From assembly GCA_028698185.1 (NCBI GenBank), contig JAQVDW010000014.1, forward strand, positions 1 through 32,000: a stretch of DNA of 32,000 nt, given 5' to 3'. Positions within the stretch are counted from its first letter, which is position 1. Every line of letters starts with the position of its first letter. This document shows positions 1-11,291 of the stretch, one piece after another. Both the position numbers and the translations under genes were made by a program. A model generated the notes under the pieces. That model ran no database searches. It worked only from the letters and a program-made list of their open reading frames with translations, and was not told the DNA's origin. This stretch comes from Erysipelotrichaceae bacterium. GTDB lineage: Bacteria; Bacillota_I; Bacilli_A; Erysipelotrichales; Coprobacillaceae.

Positions 1-614
1 GCTCGCTGCTGTGGTTCGTGGGAATCCATGGCGGAATGATTGTAATGCCAATCCTGTCGATGCTTTACATGCCGGCATTGCTGGAAAACCTGGCTGCATT
101 TGAAGCCGGAACCCAACTTCCTAATATCATCACCTACTCGACCTGGTCGCTTCTTGCTTCATTAGGTGGGGCCGGGGGAACTCTGGGGCTTTGCATCCTG
201 ATGCTGTTCCTGTCAAAATCGGCCCGCTACAAAACGCTAGGAAAACTAACTATCGGTCCGGGAATCTGCGGCATCAATGAACCGATCACATTCGGTTATC
301 CGATGATGCTCAACACCGTAATGCTTATTCCGATGGTGGTCACTCCGGTGGTCACATTCCTGATCAGCTATTTCGCTATGTCATCGGGAATCGTCCCTTG
401 CCCTAACGGGGTAACCGTGGCTTTGGGAACACCGGTGATATTCTCGGGATTGCTGGCAATCGGTTGGCAAGGTGCAGTGTTGCAGGTGCTGTTGATAATC
501 GTGCAAATGGCTTTCTACTTCCCATTCTTCAGACTGTCAGACAAGATGGCCTACGATGAAGAACAAGCCAATGAACAAATGAAATCCATGGAAGAAAAAG
601 CGCTGAACGCTTAA
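1..614 (+). CDS. PTS EIIC permease, cellobiose/lactose (Lac) family, C-terminal ~200 aa only (5' end outside window)
   Basis: The frame stays open back to nt 3 (SLLWFVGIHGG...). This W-F-x-G-I-H-G motif occurs mid-protein (FWVIGIHGT) in the complete paralog at 6240-7559. 'GINEPITFG' parallels 'NINETMTFG' in that paralog. The sequence is hydrophobic and multi-TM. Confidence 0.85.
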   Translation, partial: SLLWFVGIHGGMIVMPILSMLYMPALLENLAAFEAGTQLPNIITYSTWSLLASLGGAGGTLGLCILMLFLSKSARYKTLGKLTIGPGICGINEPITFGYPMMLNTVMLIPMVVTPVVTFLISYFAMSSGIVPCPNGVTVALGTPVIFSGLLAIGWQGAVLQVLLIIVQMAFYFPFFRLSDKMAYDEEQANEQMKSMEEKALNA

Positions 615-621
615 CCATTTA

Positions 622-660
622 GGGAAGAATAGGGGAGAACCCTGTTCTTCCTTATTGATT
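622..660 (+). terminator. Possible weak intrinsic terminator or hairpin after the EIIC gene
   Basis: GGAAGAA (623-629) pairs with TTCTTCC (645-651), with an inner GGG/CCC. A T-rich but interrupted tract (ttattgattt) follows. Confidence 0.35.
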
Positions 661-678
661 TAGAATTGAGGAGAAACT

Positions 679-2148
679 ATGAAACCAAATATTGTATATT
701 TTGTCGCCGATCAGATGCGATCGGACTCGTTGGCCCATATGGGCAACAAAGCAAGCATCACCCCGAATCTTGACGGGCTGACCAGAGAAGGTGTGTCGTT
801 TAGAAACGCCTATTGCCAGAATACGGTTTGCGTGCCATCGCGGTGTAGCTTCTTGACCGGACTATATCCCCATACAACCGGACATCGGACTATGCACTTC
901 CTGCAAAATCCAGATGAACCAAATTTCCTGCGGACGATGAAAAACAGCGGTTATGAGGTCATCTGGATCGGCCGCAACGATGTCATCCCGGCGGACCGCT
1001 CGAAGGCCGAATACTGCGACGTCTACTTCGACGGTCTTGAAAAGATCGACAAGAAGGACGTGGTAAAAAGCGCCGGATGGAAACATCGTGACCCTGATGA
1101 AGTCGATTTCAACTCGCCGGGATATTACGCCCATTATATCGGCAAAATCAGCGAACAGCAGGCCCGCAGCGGTTCCTACATGATGAATGACTGGATTGCC
1201 TTGGAGAGTGCGATGGAATATCTCGAGCACCGCAAAAGCGATAAGCCATTCTTCCTTTATCTGACCCTGACTTATCCCCATCCGCCATATGCCTGTGAGG
1301 ATCCTTGGTTTTCAATGATCGACAGGAGCCTGGTGAAAAAGCGTCGGCCTAGCGCAATGACCTTGAAGGATAAGCCCTCAATGCTCCAAGAAATCGCCAG
1401 AAAACAGAACCTGGCTGATTGGGGGGAGGACAATTTTACCGAGATGCAGGCTACATATCTGGCGATGGTGGCTCGATTCGACCATCAGTTCGGTATGTTC
1501 AAGGACAAACTTCAGGAACTTGAATTGTATGACAACACGAGCATCTTTGTCTTCAGTGACCACGGCGATTACACGGGCGATTATGACATCGCTGAAAAAG
1601 TTCAGAACTGTTTCGACAATCCGGTTTGTAACATTCCCCTGATCGTCAAGCCGGCAAAACAGTTCGCCCTCACGCCAAGGGTGAGTGACGCCCTGGTGGA
1701 ACTTGTCGATCTGAGCGCGACAGTCGCCACAATGTGCGATGTGGAGATCGAATATGTCCAATTCGGCAAGTCGCTATTGCCGGTATTGGAAAAAGAGCAA
1801 GAACACAAGGATGCAGTATTTTGTGAAGGAGGACGGATCCATGGCGAAACCTGGGCAATGGAAAGAGGGCATGGCCCCGAATCCCAATATTGGCCCCGCC
1901 TGGATACCCAATCAAGTGAAGGACCTGAACACACCAAGGCAGTGATGATCCGGATGGGCGATTTCAAATACGTCAAACGTCTTTACGAAAAGGATGAGCT
2001 GTACGATCTGGCAAACGACCCCGATGAACTGTGCAATATCATCGATGAAAAGCGCAATCAAAGCATAGTGGCGATATTCAAGGCCCGGATGCTCGACTGG
2101 TTCATCGAAACCGGCGATATTGTCCCAAATCGCCGCGACCTGCGCTAA
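679..2148 (+). CDS. Sulfatase (arylsulfatase family), Cys-type, apparently cytoplasmic
   Basis: 489-aa ORF with SD GAGGAG 5 nt before ATG 679. It has the 'VADQMRSD' N-terminus and the sulfatase signature C-x-P-S-R in 'CVPSRCSFLTGLYPHTTGHR'. No N-terminal signal peptide or TM segment is visible. Confidence 0.9.
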   Translation: MKPNIVYFVADQMRSDSLAHMGNKASITPNLDGLTREGVSFRNAYCQNTVCVPSRCSFLTGLYPHTTGHRTMHFLQNPDEPNFLRTMKNSGYEVIWIGRNDVIPADRSKAEYCDVYFDGLEKIDKKDVVKSAGWKHRDPDEVDFNSPGYYAHYIGKISEQQARSGSYMMNDWIALESAMEYLEHRKSDKPFFLYLTLTYPHPPYACEDPWFSMIDRSLVKKRRPSAMTLKDKPSMLQEIARKQNLADWGEDNFTEMQATYLAMVARFDHQFGMFKDKLQELELYDNTSIFVFSDHGDYTGDYDIAEKVQNCFDNPVCNIPLIVKPAKQFALTPRVSDALVELVDLSATVATMCDVEIEYVQFGKSLLPVLEKEQEHKDAVFCEGGRIHGETWAMERGHGPESQYWPRLDTQSSEGPEHTKAVMIRMGDFKYVKRLYEKDELYDLANDPDELCNIIDEKRNQSIVAIFKARMLDWFIETGDIVPNRRDLR

Positions 2149-2167
2149 TAAATTATACCGATTTTTT

Positions 2168-2193
2168 AAAAGAACTCGCTGAGTTCTTTTTTT
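2168..2193 (+). terminator. Rho-independent terminator of the sulfatase gene
   Basis: AAAAGAACTC (2168-2177) pairs with GAGTTCTTTT (2181-2190) as a perfect 10-bp stem with a 3-nt loop, running into a T-tract. Confidence 0.7.
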
Positions 2194-2206
2194 GTTTTAG
2201 CGAAAT

Positions 2207-2236
2207 AAAAAAACAAGCCGCTGACAACACGGCTTG
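2207..2236 (-). terminator. Rho-independent terminator of the chrA pair (minus strand)
   Basis: CAAGCCG (2214-2220) pairs with CGGCTTG (2230-2236). A7 on the plus strand (2207-2213) gives a U-tract after the hairpin on the minus strand, directly downstream of the stop at 2256. Confidence 0.7.
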
Positions 2237-2255
2237 ATCCTGAAAAGATTCCAGC

Positions 2256-2792
2256 TCAGATGAACATGTATCCGACCATGCCGGCCAGCCCGCATGTCAG
2301 CATCGTCAGTATCGGCGAGAACCGGAATTTCCTTAGAAGCACCAGTCCCAGGATGGCAATGGCAATCCCGAAATAGTTGATTCCATCATCGAAAGCCATC
2401 AGCTTGAAAATCGAGATCCCGGCCCCCAATATCAGGGCGACAACCGCCGGCCGTAGTGCGGAAAGGACACCCTGGATCACGGATAGGTTCTTGTATCTGT
2501 AGTAAAGGAAGCTTAGTATGCCGACGATCATGATTGACGGAGTGACACAGCCGATGGTCGCGATCAATGCTCCGGGCAGACCGGCAACTTTCGTTCCCAC
2601 GAATGTCGCGGAGTTTACCGCTATCGGGCCCGGGGTCATCTCGGCCAGAGTGATAAGATCGGAAAACTGGGTCATCGTCAGCCATTGCAGTTTAGTGACA
2701 ATCTGTTCCTGGACCAGAGGAATGGCCGCCATTCCTCCGCCAAAACTGAAGGCTCCAATTTTGAAGAAGCTTATGAACAGTCTAACCAGCAT
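2256..2792 (-). CDS. chrA: Chromate ion transporter (CHR family), short-chain half, downstream partner
   Basis: 178 aa and multi-TM, with the CHR-type motif 'FSFGGGMAAIPL'. GGAGG lies 9 nt upstream of the ATG. It overlaps the upstream partner by 11 nt. Confidence 0.85.
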   Translation of the reverse strand: MLVRLFISFFKIGAFSFGGGMAAIPLVQEQIVTKLQWLTMTQFSDLITLAEMTPGPIAVNSATFVGTKVAGLPGALIATIGCVTPSIMIVGILSFLYYRYKNLSVIQGVLSALRPAVVALILGAGISIFKLMAFDDGINYFGIAIAILGLVLLRKFRFSPILTMLTCGLAGMVGYMFI

Positions 2793-3360
2793 TGTTTCCC
2801 GCCTCCTTTTTGAATTTTGGCAAATTCACCAGACTCGACAGCATCCCGACCAAAGCGCAGCCAAGGATGATCATGGTCACGGGCAGGCCTAAAAACAGTT
2901 TGAGGACAAGACATACAGCCAATAATGTGATTATCAAAGGACTTCGGGTTTTCAATAATTTAAGGGAGAGGTCGAAAACCGTATGGAAGATGATTGCCAC
3001 CACGCCTGATTGCATCGCCTTCAAAAACAGCGAAATATGGTAGTTGCTCCTGAACTGGTCGTAAAACAGTGATATAATGGAGATGATCATGATCGGGGGC
3101 AGGACGGTGCCAAGTATCGCCAAGAGGGCCCCGGGCAGTTTTCCGATTTTGAAGCCGATCAATATGGCGGCATTGATGGCGACGGCCCCGGGCGCCGACT
3201 GGGCAATGGCAATCAGATCGAGCATTTCATTGTCCTCGATCCAGCCAAGCTCCTCGACGAATTTGGCCTTCATGAGCGGGATGATGACATAGCCGCCCCC
3301 GAAGGTGAATGACGACAGGTAGAAAGTCGAACTGAACAAGGTCAGATATTTATTTTTCAT
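2782..3360 (-). CDS. chrA: Chromate ion transporter (CHR family), short-chain half, upstream partner
   Basis: 192 aa and multi-TM, with the motif 'FTFGGGYVIIPLM'. A strong SD (GGAGGAGG) precedes ATG 3360. Confidence 0.85.
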   Translation of the reverse strand: MKNKYLTLFSSTFYLSSFTFGGGYVIIPLMKAKFVEELGWIEDNEMLDLIAIAQSAPGAVAINAAILIGFKIGKLPGALLAILGTVLPPIMIISIISLFYDQFRSNYHISLFLKAMQSGVVAIIFHTVFDLSLKLLKTRSPLIITLLAVCLVLKLFLGLPVTMIILGCALVGMLSSLVNLPKFKKEAGNNAG

Positions 3361-3458
3361 TTGATATTCCTCCTCCCTATCATTTTAATCCAAATGCATG
3401 TATAATAAAAATATATATAATTAATGTGATTTATATCTAATTTATTATGGAGGTCAAG

Positions 3459-4322
3459 ATGAATATCAACTACTTGCGGATTTTCAAAACGGTATGCGAC
3501 GAGGGTGGGGTTACCAAGGCCAGTAAAAAACTCTATATAGCCCAGCCTTCGGTTTCGCTGGCGATAAAGGAACTTGAGAAGAATTATGAAGTGAAGCTGT
3601 TCGACCGGATTTCCCGGAAGCTAATCCTGACGGCCAAGGGCCAGCAGCTCTATGATTATGTGACCGACATCCTGCCGCTGATCGATGAGATCGACGAGAA
3701 GCTCAGGGAAGGTGACCAGGTCGGGGGCAGATTGCGGATTGGAAGCTCGGTCACTTTTGGGAATTACTACCTGTTCGATATCATCCAGGCGCTAAAAAAG
3801 GAATATCCCGATCTGGAATTCCAGCTCACCATCGATTCTTCTTATGCGATTGAGGAGCTTGTCGCAAACAACGATGTGGACTTGGGAGTCATCGAGGGTC
3901 ATAGCCACATCGACAACATCAACAGCCGGGTGATCATGGAGGACGATCTTGTTTTTGTCAAGAGTCGCGATTTCCCCAAAGGCATCGGTTCATATGATGA
4001 TCTCAATGGCTGCGAGGTGCTGCTGCGCAATCTTGGCTCGGCCCACCGTGAGATTTTTGACGGACTGATGAAGGCCCATGATATAAATCCGAAAATCGTT
4101 CTGGAATCGATCAGCACCTCGGCCCTGATTGAAGGATGTATCAAGGGACTGGGGGTGGCATTTTTGCCCCATAAATTCATCGTGGGCCATCTTGAACATG
4201 GCCTTGAGGCCATCGCCGCTTTGGCGACGGTCAAACGGAATTACTTTCTGATTACCCACCAGAACAAGTATGTCAGCAACAATATGGAGATTTTCATCAG
4301 GGAATTGGAAAAAATCAAGTGA
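3459..4322 (+). CDS. LysR-family transcriptional regulator
   Basis: N-terminal wHTH ('YLRIFKTVCDEGGVTKASKKLYIAQPSVSLAIKELE') plus a ~200-aa co-inducer domain. It is divergent from the chrA pair. GGAGG (3449-3453) lies 5 nt before ATG 3459; the ORF-track start at 3447 sits inside that SD. Confidence 0.9.
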   Translation: MNINYLRIFKTVCDEGGVTKASKKLYIAQPSVSLAIKELEKNYEVKLFDRISRKLILTAKGQQLYDYVTDILPLIDEIDEKLREGDQVGGRLRIGSSVTFGNYYLFDIIQALKKEYPDLEFQLTIDSSYAIEELVANNDVDLGVIEGHSHIDNINSRVIMEDDLVFVKSRDFPKGIGSYDDLNGCEVLLRNLGSAHREIFDGLMKAHDINPKIVLESISTSALIEGCIKGLGVAFLPHKFIVGHLEHGLEAIAALATVKRNYFLITHQNKYVSNNMEIFIRELEKIK

Positions 4323-4337
4323 CAGCTCCGGTTTTTG

Positions 4338-4346
4338 TGGTAGAAT
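4338..4346 (+). promoter_or_regulatory. Extended -10 promoter element (TGgTAGAAT) for adenine deaminase
   Basis: TG at 4338-4339, then n, then TAGAAT at 4341-4346, about 29 nt upstream of ATG 4375. No good -35 element. Confidence 0.45.
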
Positions 4347-4374
4347 GTCTTTTATTGTCTAAGAGGTAAATAAA

Positions 4375-6090
4375 ATGGATAAAAACAAACTTAAGAAATT
4401 TCTGGCGGTCGCCCGCCATGAGGTCTTAGCGGATCTGGTCGTCACCAACTGCAATATTGTCAATGTCTTCTTGAAGAGAGTTATTTCCGGGAACGTCGCT
4501 ATCTGCGACGGTCTGGTGGTGGGCATCGGAGAATATCAAGGTAAACAGACGATTGACGGAGACGGGGCCTATCTGGCACCGGGTCTGATCGACGCCCATA
4601 TCCACCTTGAATCGACTTATCTTGGAGTGGAACAGGCGGCCGGATTGATGATGACCCGGGGAACGACGGCCATCATCGCGGATCCCCATGAGATCGTGAA
4701 TGTGGCCGGAGCCCAGGGCATGATGTACATGCTCGATGCGGCGGCCAATACTCCCCTTGCAATCAAATACATGCTACCCTCATGCGTGCCTGCCTGCGCC
4801 ATCGAGGATCTGGTCACCCCCTTCACGGCGGAAGACATGCGCCAGTTCGCCGGCCATCCCGACATCATCGGCCTTGGTGAAATGATGGATTATCCCGGGC
4901 TGATTAGCGGCAGCGACGAGGTGCTCGACAAGATATTGTTCGCCGCTCAAAACGGCCTGATAGTCGACGGCCATGCACCGATGCTCAGTGATGGCATTCT
5001 CGACGGTTATGCGGGGGCCGGGGTCCGCACCGACCATGAATGCACCACTGTTGAGGAACTCAACGACCGGATAAGCCGGGGCATGTATGTGATGCTGCGC
5101 AACGGTTCGGCGGCCAAGGATCTTGAAAACCTGTTGCCCGGTGTCAATGAGAACTCATCGCGCTATTGCCTTATTTGCAGTGATGACAAGGAAGTCGAGA
5201 ACATCATCAACCAGGGCCATCTCGATGAGAGCCTGCGCATCTGTGTGCGCCATGGTATCGACCCGATTGTCGCCATCCAGATGGCGACAATCAATGCGGC
5301 GGAGTGCTACAACCTGAACGATCGCGGGGCAATCGCTCCGGGACGTCGGGCGGATCTTGTCTTTTTCGACGATCTGACCGATTTCAACGTCAGCCGGGTC
5401 ATGATTGGCGGAAAGATGGTATTTGCCAACGGACAGCTCCAGGTCCCGATCATACCGACAAGCCATGATTCAGTCGCCAACTCGATGCATGTCAAGGACT
5501 TCTCAATCGACAGTCTCAAGCTGCACCTCAAAAGCGAAGAGACGGTGGCCATGGCCACTTTGCCCCATTCCCTGCTGACAAAAAAAATCACGGTCAGACC
5601 TGTCAGGGACGCTGATGGCTTTTTTAGATTTTCTAATGACGGTCTCAACAAGATCGCCGTTATCGACCGGCACCGCCGTAGCGGCGCAGTCGGACTCGGT
5701 CTTATCAAGGGTTTTGGCATCACTCAGGGGGCATTGGCGCTGACGATCGCCCATGATTCCCACCATCTTATTGTCATCGGTGCTTGTGACTCTGACATGG
5801 AGGTTGCTGTGAATCATCTGATTGAATGCCAGGGCGGGATTGTTGTTGTAAGTGGCGGCAAGGTCATCGGGGAACTGGAAATGCCGATTGCCGGGCTGAT
5901 GAGCGATCTCGACCCGATTGTCGTAAAAGACAAACTGGCCAACATCCATGAACAGTGCGCCAATGTCCTGGGAATCAGGGAAAACGAGCCGCTGGTCAAA
6001 CTTTCATTTATGGCCTTGCCGGTCATTCCGGAGATAAAGATGACCCCGAAGGGGCTGTTCGATGTGAGCGAATTCAAACTTATAGACTAG
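4375..6090 (+). CDS. ade: Adenine deaminase
   Basis: 571 aa. The N-terminal amidohydrolase pattern 'LVVTNCNIVNV...APGLIDAHIHLES...TAIIADPHEIVNVAG' is typical of the Ade/AdeC family. SD GAGG is upstream. Confidence 0.9.
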   Translation: MDKNKLKKFLAVARHEVLADLVVTNCNIVNVFLKRVISGNVAICDGLVVGIGEYQGKQTIDGDGAYLAPGLIDAHIHLESTYLGVEQAAGLMMTRGTTAIIADPHEIVNVAGAQGMMYMLDAAANTPLAIKYMLPSCVPACAIEDLVTPFTAEDMRQFAGHPDIIGLGEMMDYPGLISGSDEVLDKILFAAQNGLIVDGHAPMLSDGILDGYAGAGVRTDHECTTVEELNDRISRGMYVMLRNGSAAKDLENLLPGVNENSSRYCLICSDDKEVENIINQGHLDESLRICVRHGIDPIVAIQMATINAAECYNLNDRGAIAPGRRADLVFFDDLTDFNVSRVMIGGKMVFANGQLQVPIIPTSHDSVANSMHVKDFSIDSLKLHLKSEETVAMATLPHSLLTKKITVRPVRDADGFFRFSNDGLNKIAVIDRHRRSGAVGLGLIKGFGITQGALALTIAHDSHHLIVIGACDSDMEVAVNHLIECQGGIVVVSGGKVIGELEMPIAGLMSDLDPIVVKDKLANIHEQCANVLGIRENEPLVKLSFMALPVIPEIKMTPKGLFDVSEFKLID

Positions 6091-6109
6091 CTGCGGCTGG
6101 TCTTTTTTT
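6085..6109 (+). terminator. Intrinsic terminator overlapping the ade stop codon
   Basis: GACTAGC (6085-6091) pairs with GCTGGTC (6096-6102) with 1 mismatch and loop TGCG, followed by T7 (6103-6109). Confidence 0.55.
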
Positions 6110-6202
6110 GGCAGGAATTTTCATTATCAGGCCCTAAACTCCTTTAATTATGCTACCCGGTTGCCAAAACAGGGCAATCGCCTTTTGGTAGCGCATCTAA
6201 AC

Positions 6203-6211
6203 TGGTAAGAT
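6203..6211 (+). promoter_or_regulatory. Possible extended -10 (TGgTAAGAT) upstream of the EIIC gene
   Basis: TG at 6203-6204, then n, then TAAGAT at 6206-6211, about 29 nt upstream of ATG 6240. The -35 is weak. Confidence 0.3.
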
Positions 6212-6239
6212 AGTAGCAGTCGAAAGGAGAGTTTATTAT

Positions 6240-7559
6240 ATGGGTGATTTTTTAACCGAGAAGTTATTGGTGATTGCTTCCAAAATGTCGTCGCAACGGC
6301 ACATGGTCGCTATCAAAAACGCATTTACGGCATTGCTGCCGATCATCATCACCGGGGCGTTCTGCGTCCTGTTTGCCAACGTAGTCTGCTCAACAACTAC
6401 AACAGGTATCTCTTTAGCCAAATTGCCGGGGATGGCATGGCTATCTAATTTCACGGACATGTTCAACGCGGCATATTATGCCTCATTGAACTTCCTGACA
6501 GTTCTTGCCGTAATCCTGATTGCGATTGAACTTGGAAAAGTATTGAATCACAAAGAAACAATCGTGCCGATCGTGGCCCTGTCTTCCTATATCAGTCTGT
6601 GTGACACGTTCTTGAAAACAAGTGTCGAAGGTCTGGCTGATCCGGTGACCATCGTCAATGTCCTGCCAAGAGCGTTCACCAACGCCCAAGGTCTGTTCCT
6701 GGGGATGATCACCGCTCTGGTTGCAACCGAAATCTATGTGAAAATCGTTGACAGCCGCAAGCTGGAAATAAAAATGCCGGATACCGTTCCGACCAACGTC
6801 TCACATTCATTCAACATCCTGTTCCCTTCAGTTATCACAATCCTGTTGATTTCGGGATTCGGATTGCTGTTCAAGACTGTGTTTGGAATGACCCTCTACG
6901 ATGCCATCGGGACAATGATCCAGACACCGCTGCGCGGGGTGCTTACCGGTCTGCCCGGATACCTGCTGATCTTTGCTTTGTCATGTGTTTTCTGGGTTAT
7001 CGGGATCCATGGTACCCAGGTGTTAAAGCCGGTATATCAGGCGACTATGCTTGAAGCGGTATTGGCCAACACCGAGCTTGTGAATGCCGGTCAGGCACCA
7101 AAATACATTCTTAATGAAGCTTTCATCTCAGTTTTTACAACAATGTCGGGAGCGGGAATCACCATCGGCCTGATCATCGCCATCCTGATTGCTTCAAAAC
7201 GTGATGATTTCAAAGCCATCGCCAAGCTTTCAGTGGCACCGGGTCTGTTCAACATCAATGAAACAATGACATTCGGGTTGCCGATCGTATTGAACCCGTT
7301 GTTTATGATTCCGTTCATCCTGGCACCGATCCTGACAGCTTCGTTTGCCTATTTCATGACCGTTATCGGCTTTTGCGGATATATGGTCTATGCAGTGCCT
7401 TGGACAACGCCGCCATTGCTTATCGCGTGGCTGGCTTCGGGGGGAAGCATGGGTGCGGTGATCACTCAGGCAATCTGCATCGTAATATCAACCTTGGTAT
7501 ATCTGCCATTCGTATTCGCATCAAACAGAACAATAAATCAAGAAGCAGTAAGTGAATAA
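6240..7559 (+). CDS. PTS EIIC permease, cellobiose/lichenan (Lac) family, full length
   Basis: 439 aa with ~10 TM segments and the motifs 'FWVIGIHGTQV' and 'NINETMTFGLPIVLNP'. SD AAAGGAGA is upstream. No EIIA or EIIB gene is present in the window. Confidence 0.9.
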   Translation: MGDFLTEKLLVIASKMSSQRHMVAIKNAFTALLPIIITGAFCVLFANVVCSTTTTGISLAKLPGMAWLSNFTDMFNAAYYASLNFLTVLAVILIAIELGKVLNHKETIVPIVALSSYISLCDTFLKTSVEGLADPVTIVNVLPRAFTNAQGLFLGMITALVATEIYVKIVDSRKLEIKMPDTVPTNVSHSFNILFPSVITILLISGFGLLFKTVFGMTLYDAIGTMIQTPLRGVLTGLPGYLLIFALSCVFWVIGIHGTQVLKPVYQATMLEAVLANTELVNAGQAPKYILNEAFISVFTTMSGAGITIGLIIAILIASKRDDFKAIAKLSVAPGLFNINETMTFGLPIVLNPLFMIPFILAPILTASFAYFMTVIGFCGYMVYAVPWTTPPLLIAWLASGGSMGAVITQAICIVISTLVYLPFVFASNRTINQEAVSE

Positions 7560-7570
7560 GGAGTAGTAAA

Positions 7571-7813
7571 ATGAACCGCAGCCGCAAAGAGAACATCATG
7601 GATTTGAAACAACAGTTAAACACGCCTAGCCAAAATTCCATCAAGGCGTTCACCCGCTACAAGCTGGCGACTTATGTGTGCAACATTGTTGTGCCACCAT
7701 ATGGTCTTTACCGGCTATGGTCCAGACAAAGCGAGTTTTGCCTAAGTGAAAAGATCGCCCAGACGTTTGTGGTGAGTGTGTATGTGACGACTTTAATCCA
7801 ATCATTGATCTAA
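7571..7813 (+). CDS. Small hypothetical protein (80 aa), probably membrane-associated
   Basis: Consensus SD AAGGAG (7558-7563) lies 7 nt before ATG 7571, directly after the EIIC stop, and a strong terminator immediately follows. The N-terminus is polar and the C-terminal half is hydrophobic. I recognise no family. Confidence 0.5.
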   Translation: MNRSRKENIMDLKQQLNTPSQNSIKAFTRYKLATYVCNIVVPPYGLYRLWSRQSEFCLSEKIAQTFVVSVYVTTLIQSLI

Positions 7814-7832
7814 AAGTCCTTCGGGACTTTTT
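7812..7832 (+). terminator. Rho-independent terminator (TTCG tetraloop)
   Basis: AAAAGTCC (7812-7819), TTCG loop, GGACTTTT (7824-7831). Confidence 0.75.
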
Positions 7833-7868
7833 CATATTGGTAAAAATCACTCGAATGGGCTGAAAATT

Positions 7869-7877
7869 TGGTAGAAT
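7869..7877 (+). promoter_or_regulatory. Extended -10 promoter element (TGgTAGAAT) for the RpiR gene
   Basis: TG at 7869-7870, then n, then TAGAAT at 7872-7877. This is the same 9-mer seen upstream of ade. Confidence 0.4.
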
Positions 7878-7893
7878 CAAATGGGTGATAAAA

Positions 7894-10258
<2,365 letters not shown>

Positions 10259-10259
<1 letters not shown>

Positions 10260-10276
10260 GCGGAACATATTCCGCC
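10259..10276 (+). other. Stem-loop without a U-tract between the GH1 and AEC genes
   Basis: GGCGGAA (10259-10265), CATA loop, TTCCGCC (10270-10276). No T-run follows, so it could be an mRNA-stabilising or processing hairpin or a weak terminator. Confidence 0.3.
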
Positions 10277-10300
10277 AATAAATACGCAAGGAGAATTTCA

Positions 10301-11224
10301 ATGGATTTAACAGTGGTAATAAATGTCATGGTTCAGCTGTTTTTGGTTATGGGACTTGGCTATTTCATGATGAAAAAAAGTATATTGGACCGTGAAGTGT
10401 TGAAGAAGTTGAATTACATGGTTTTGTCCATTACTACTCCGGCTTTGATTTTCGCATCGGTCTGCGGCGACAATGACGCCTCGACTGGTGTTGTCCTCTA
10501 TGTGGCGGCAGTATCGTTCATTTTCTATCTGGTTTTGCCGGTTGTCGCCTTCATTCTTATCAAAATCATGAGAATCAAAAAGCCCCGTCAGGGACTGTTC
10601 ATCTTCATGACGATATTCTCAAATGTCGGGTTTATCGGTTTTCCGGTGATGAAATCGATCTTTGGCAACACGGCCGTGTTCTACACCGCAATCTTCAACC
10701 TGATGTTCAATTTCGAAGTGTTCACCCTCGGGGTGTTGCTTATCAACCATGATAAAGGGGAGAAGGCGACCGTCGACTTCAAGAATCTGATCAACCCCGG
10801 GGTTATCTCATCTGTTCTGGCCATCATCATCTATTTCGCTAACCTGCAGATGCCATCGCTTTTGATCTCGACTGCGGAAATGGTCGGCGGGATGACCACG
10901 CCCCTTGCCATGATCATTATCGGAGCCAACCTGGCTTTGATAGATGTAAAGGACGTCTTCAACGAGATTGTCGTCTATCCCTACACGTTTGTTAAACAGA
11001 TCATTTTGCCGATTATCGCCTATCCGCTGATTGCCTACTTCGTCAAGGACCCGCTGATCCAGGGGATCACGTTGGTGAACCTGGCCATGCCGGTTGGCAA
11101 CAGTGCTGTTTTGTTTGCGACAGAGTATGACCATGATGTCTCCCTGGCTGCCAAGACGGTGTTCATCACCACTCTGTTCTCGGTCTTCACAATCCCTTTG
11201 ATTGTCGGACTGTTTCTCACCTGA
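10301..11224 (+). CDS. AEC-family (auxin efflux carrier / Mem_trans) permease
   Basis: 307 aa with ~10 TM segments and a two-half organisation around a central hydrophilic loop, typical of AEC/malate-permease-like proteins. AAGGAG lies 7 nt upstream. Confidence 0.8.
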   Translation: MDLTVVINVMVQLFLVMGLGYFMMKKSILDREVLKKLNYMVLSITTPALIFASVCGDNDASTGVVLYVAAVSFIFYLVLPVVAFILIKIMRIKKPRQGLFIFMTIFSNVGFIGFPVMKSIFGNTAVFYTAIFNLMFNFEVFTLGVLLINHDKGEKATVDFKNLINPGVISSVLAIIIYFANLQMPSLLISTAEMVGGMTTPLAMIIIGANLALIDVKDVFNEIVVYPYTFVKQIILPIIAYPLIAYFVKDPLIQGITLVNLAMPVGNSAVLFATEYDHDVSLAAKTVFITTLFSVFTIPLIVGLFLT

Positions 11225-11247
11225 TCCTGGAATCCAGGATCTTTTTT
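11223..11247 (+). terminator. Rho-independent terminator
   Basis: GATCCTGGA (11223-11231) pairs with TCCAGGATC (11233-11241), followed by T6. Confidence 0.75.
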
Positions 11248-11291
11248 ATTTGTCCAGCCGAGGGCAAACAAGTGTATTCGTGTCAGGAATA

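Noticed and set aside
862-1976. Several 80-140-aa ORFs on both strands inside the sulfatase gene
   Set aside because: They are nested in or antisense to a 489-aa ORF with the sulfatase signature, and they carry no recognisable motifs.
6185-6198. cre-like (CcpA) site TGGTAGCGCATCTA upstream of the EIIC gene
   Set aside because: It matches the cre consensus TGWAANCGNTNWCA at too few of the informative positions.
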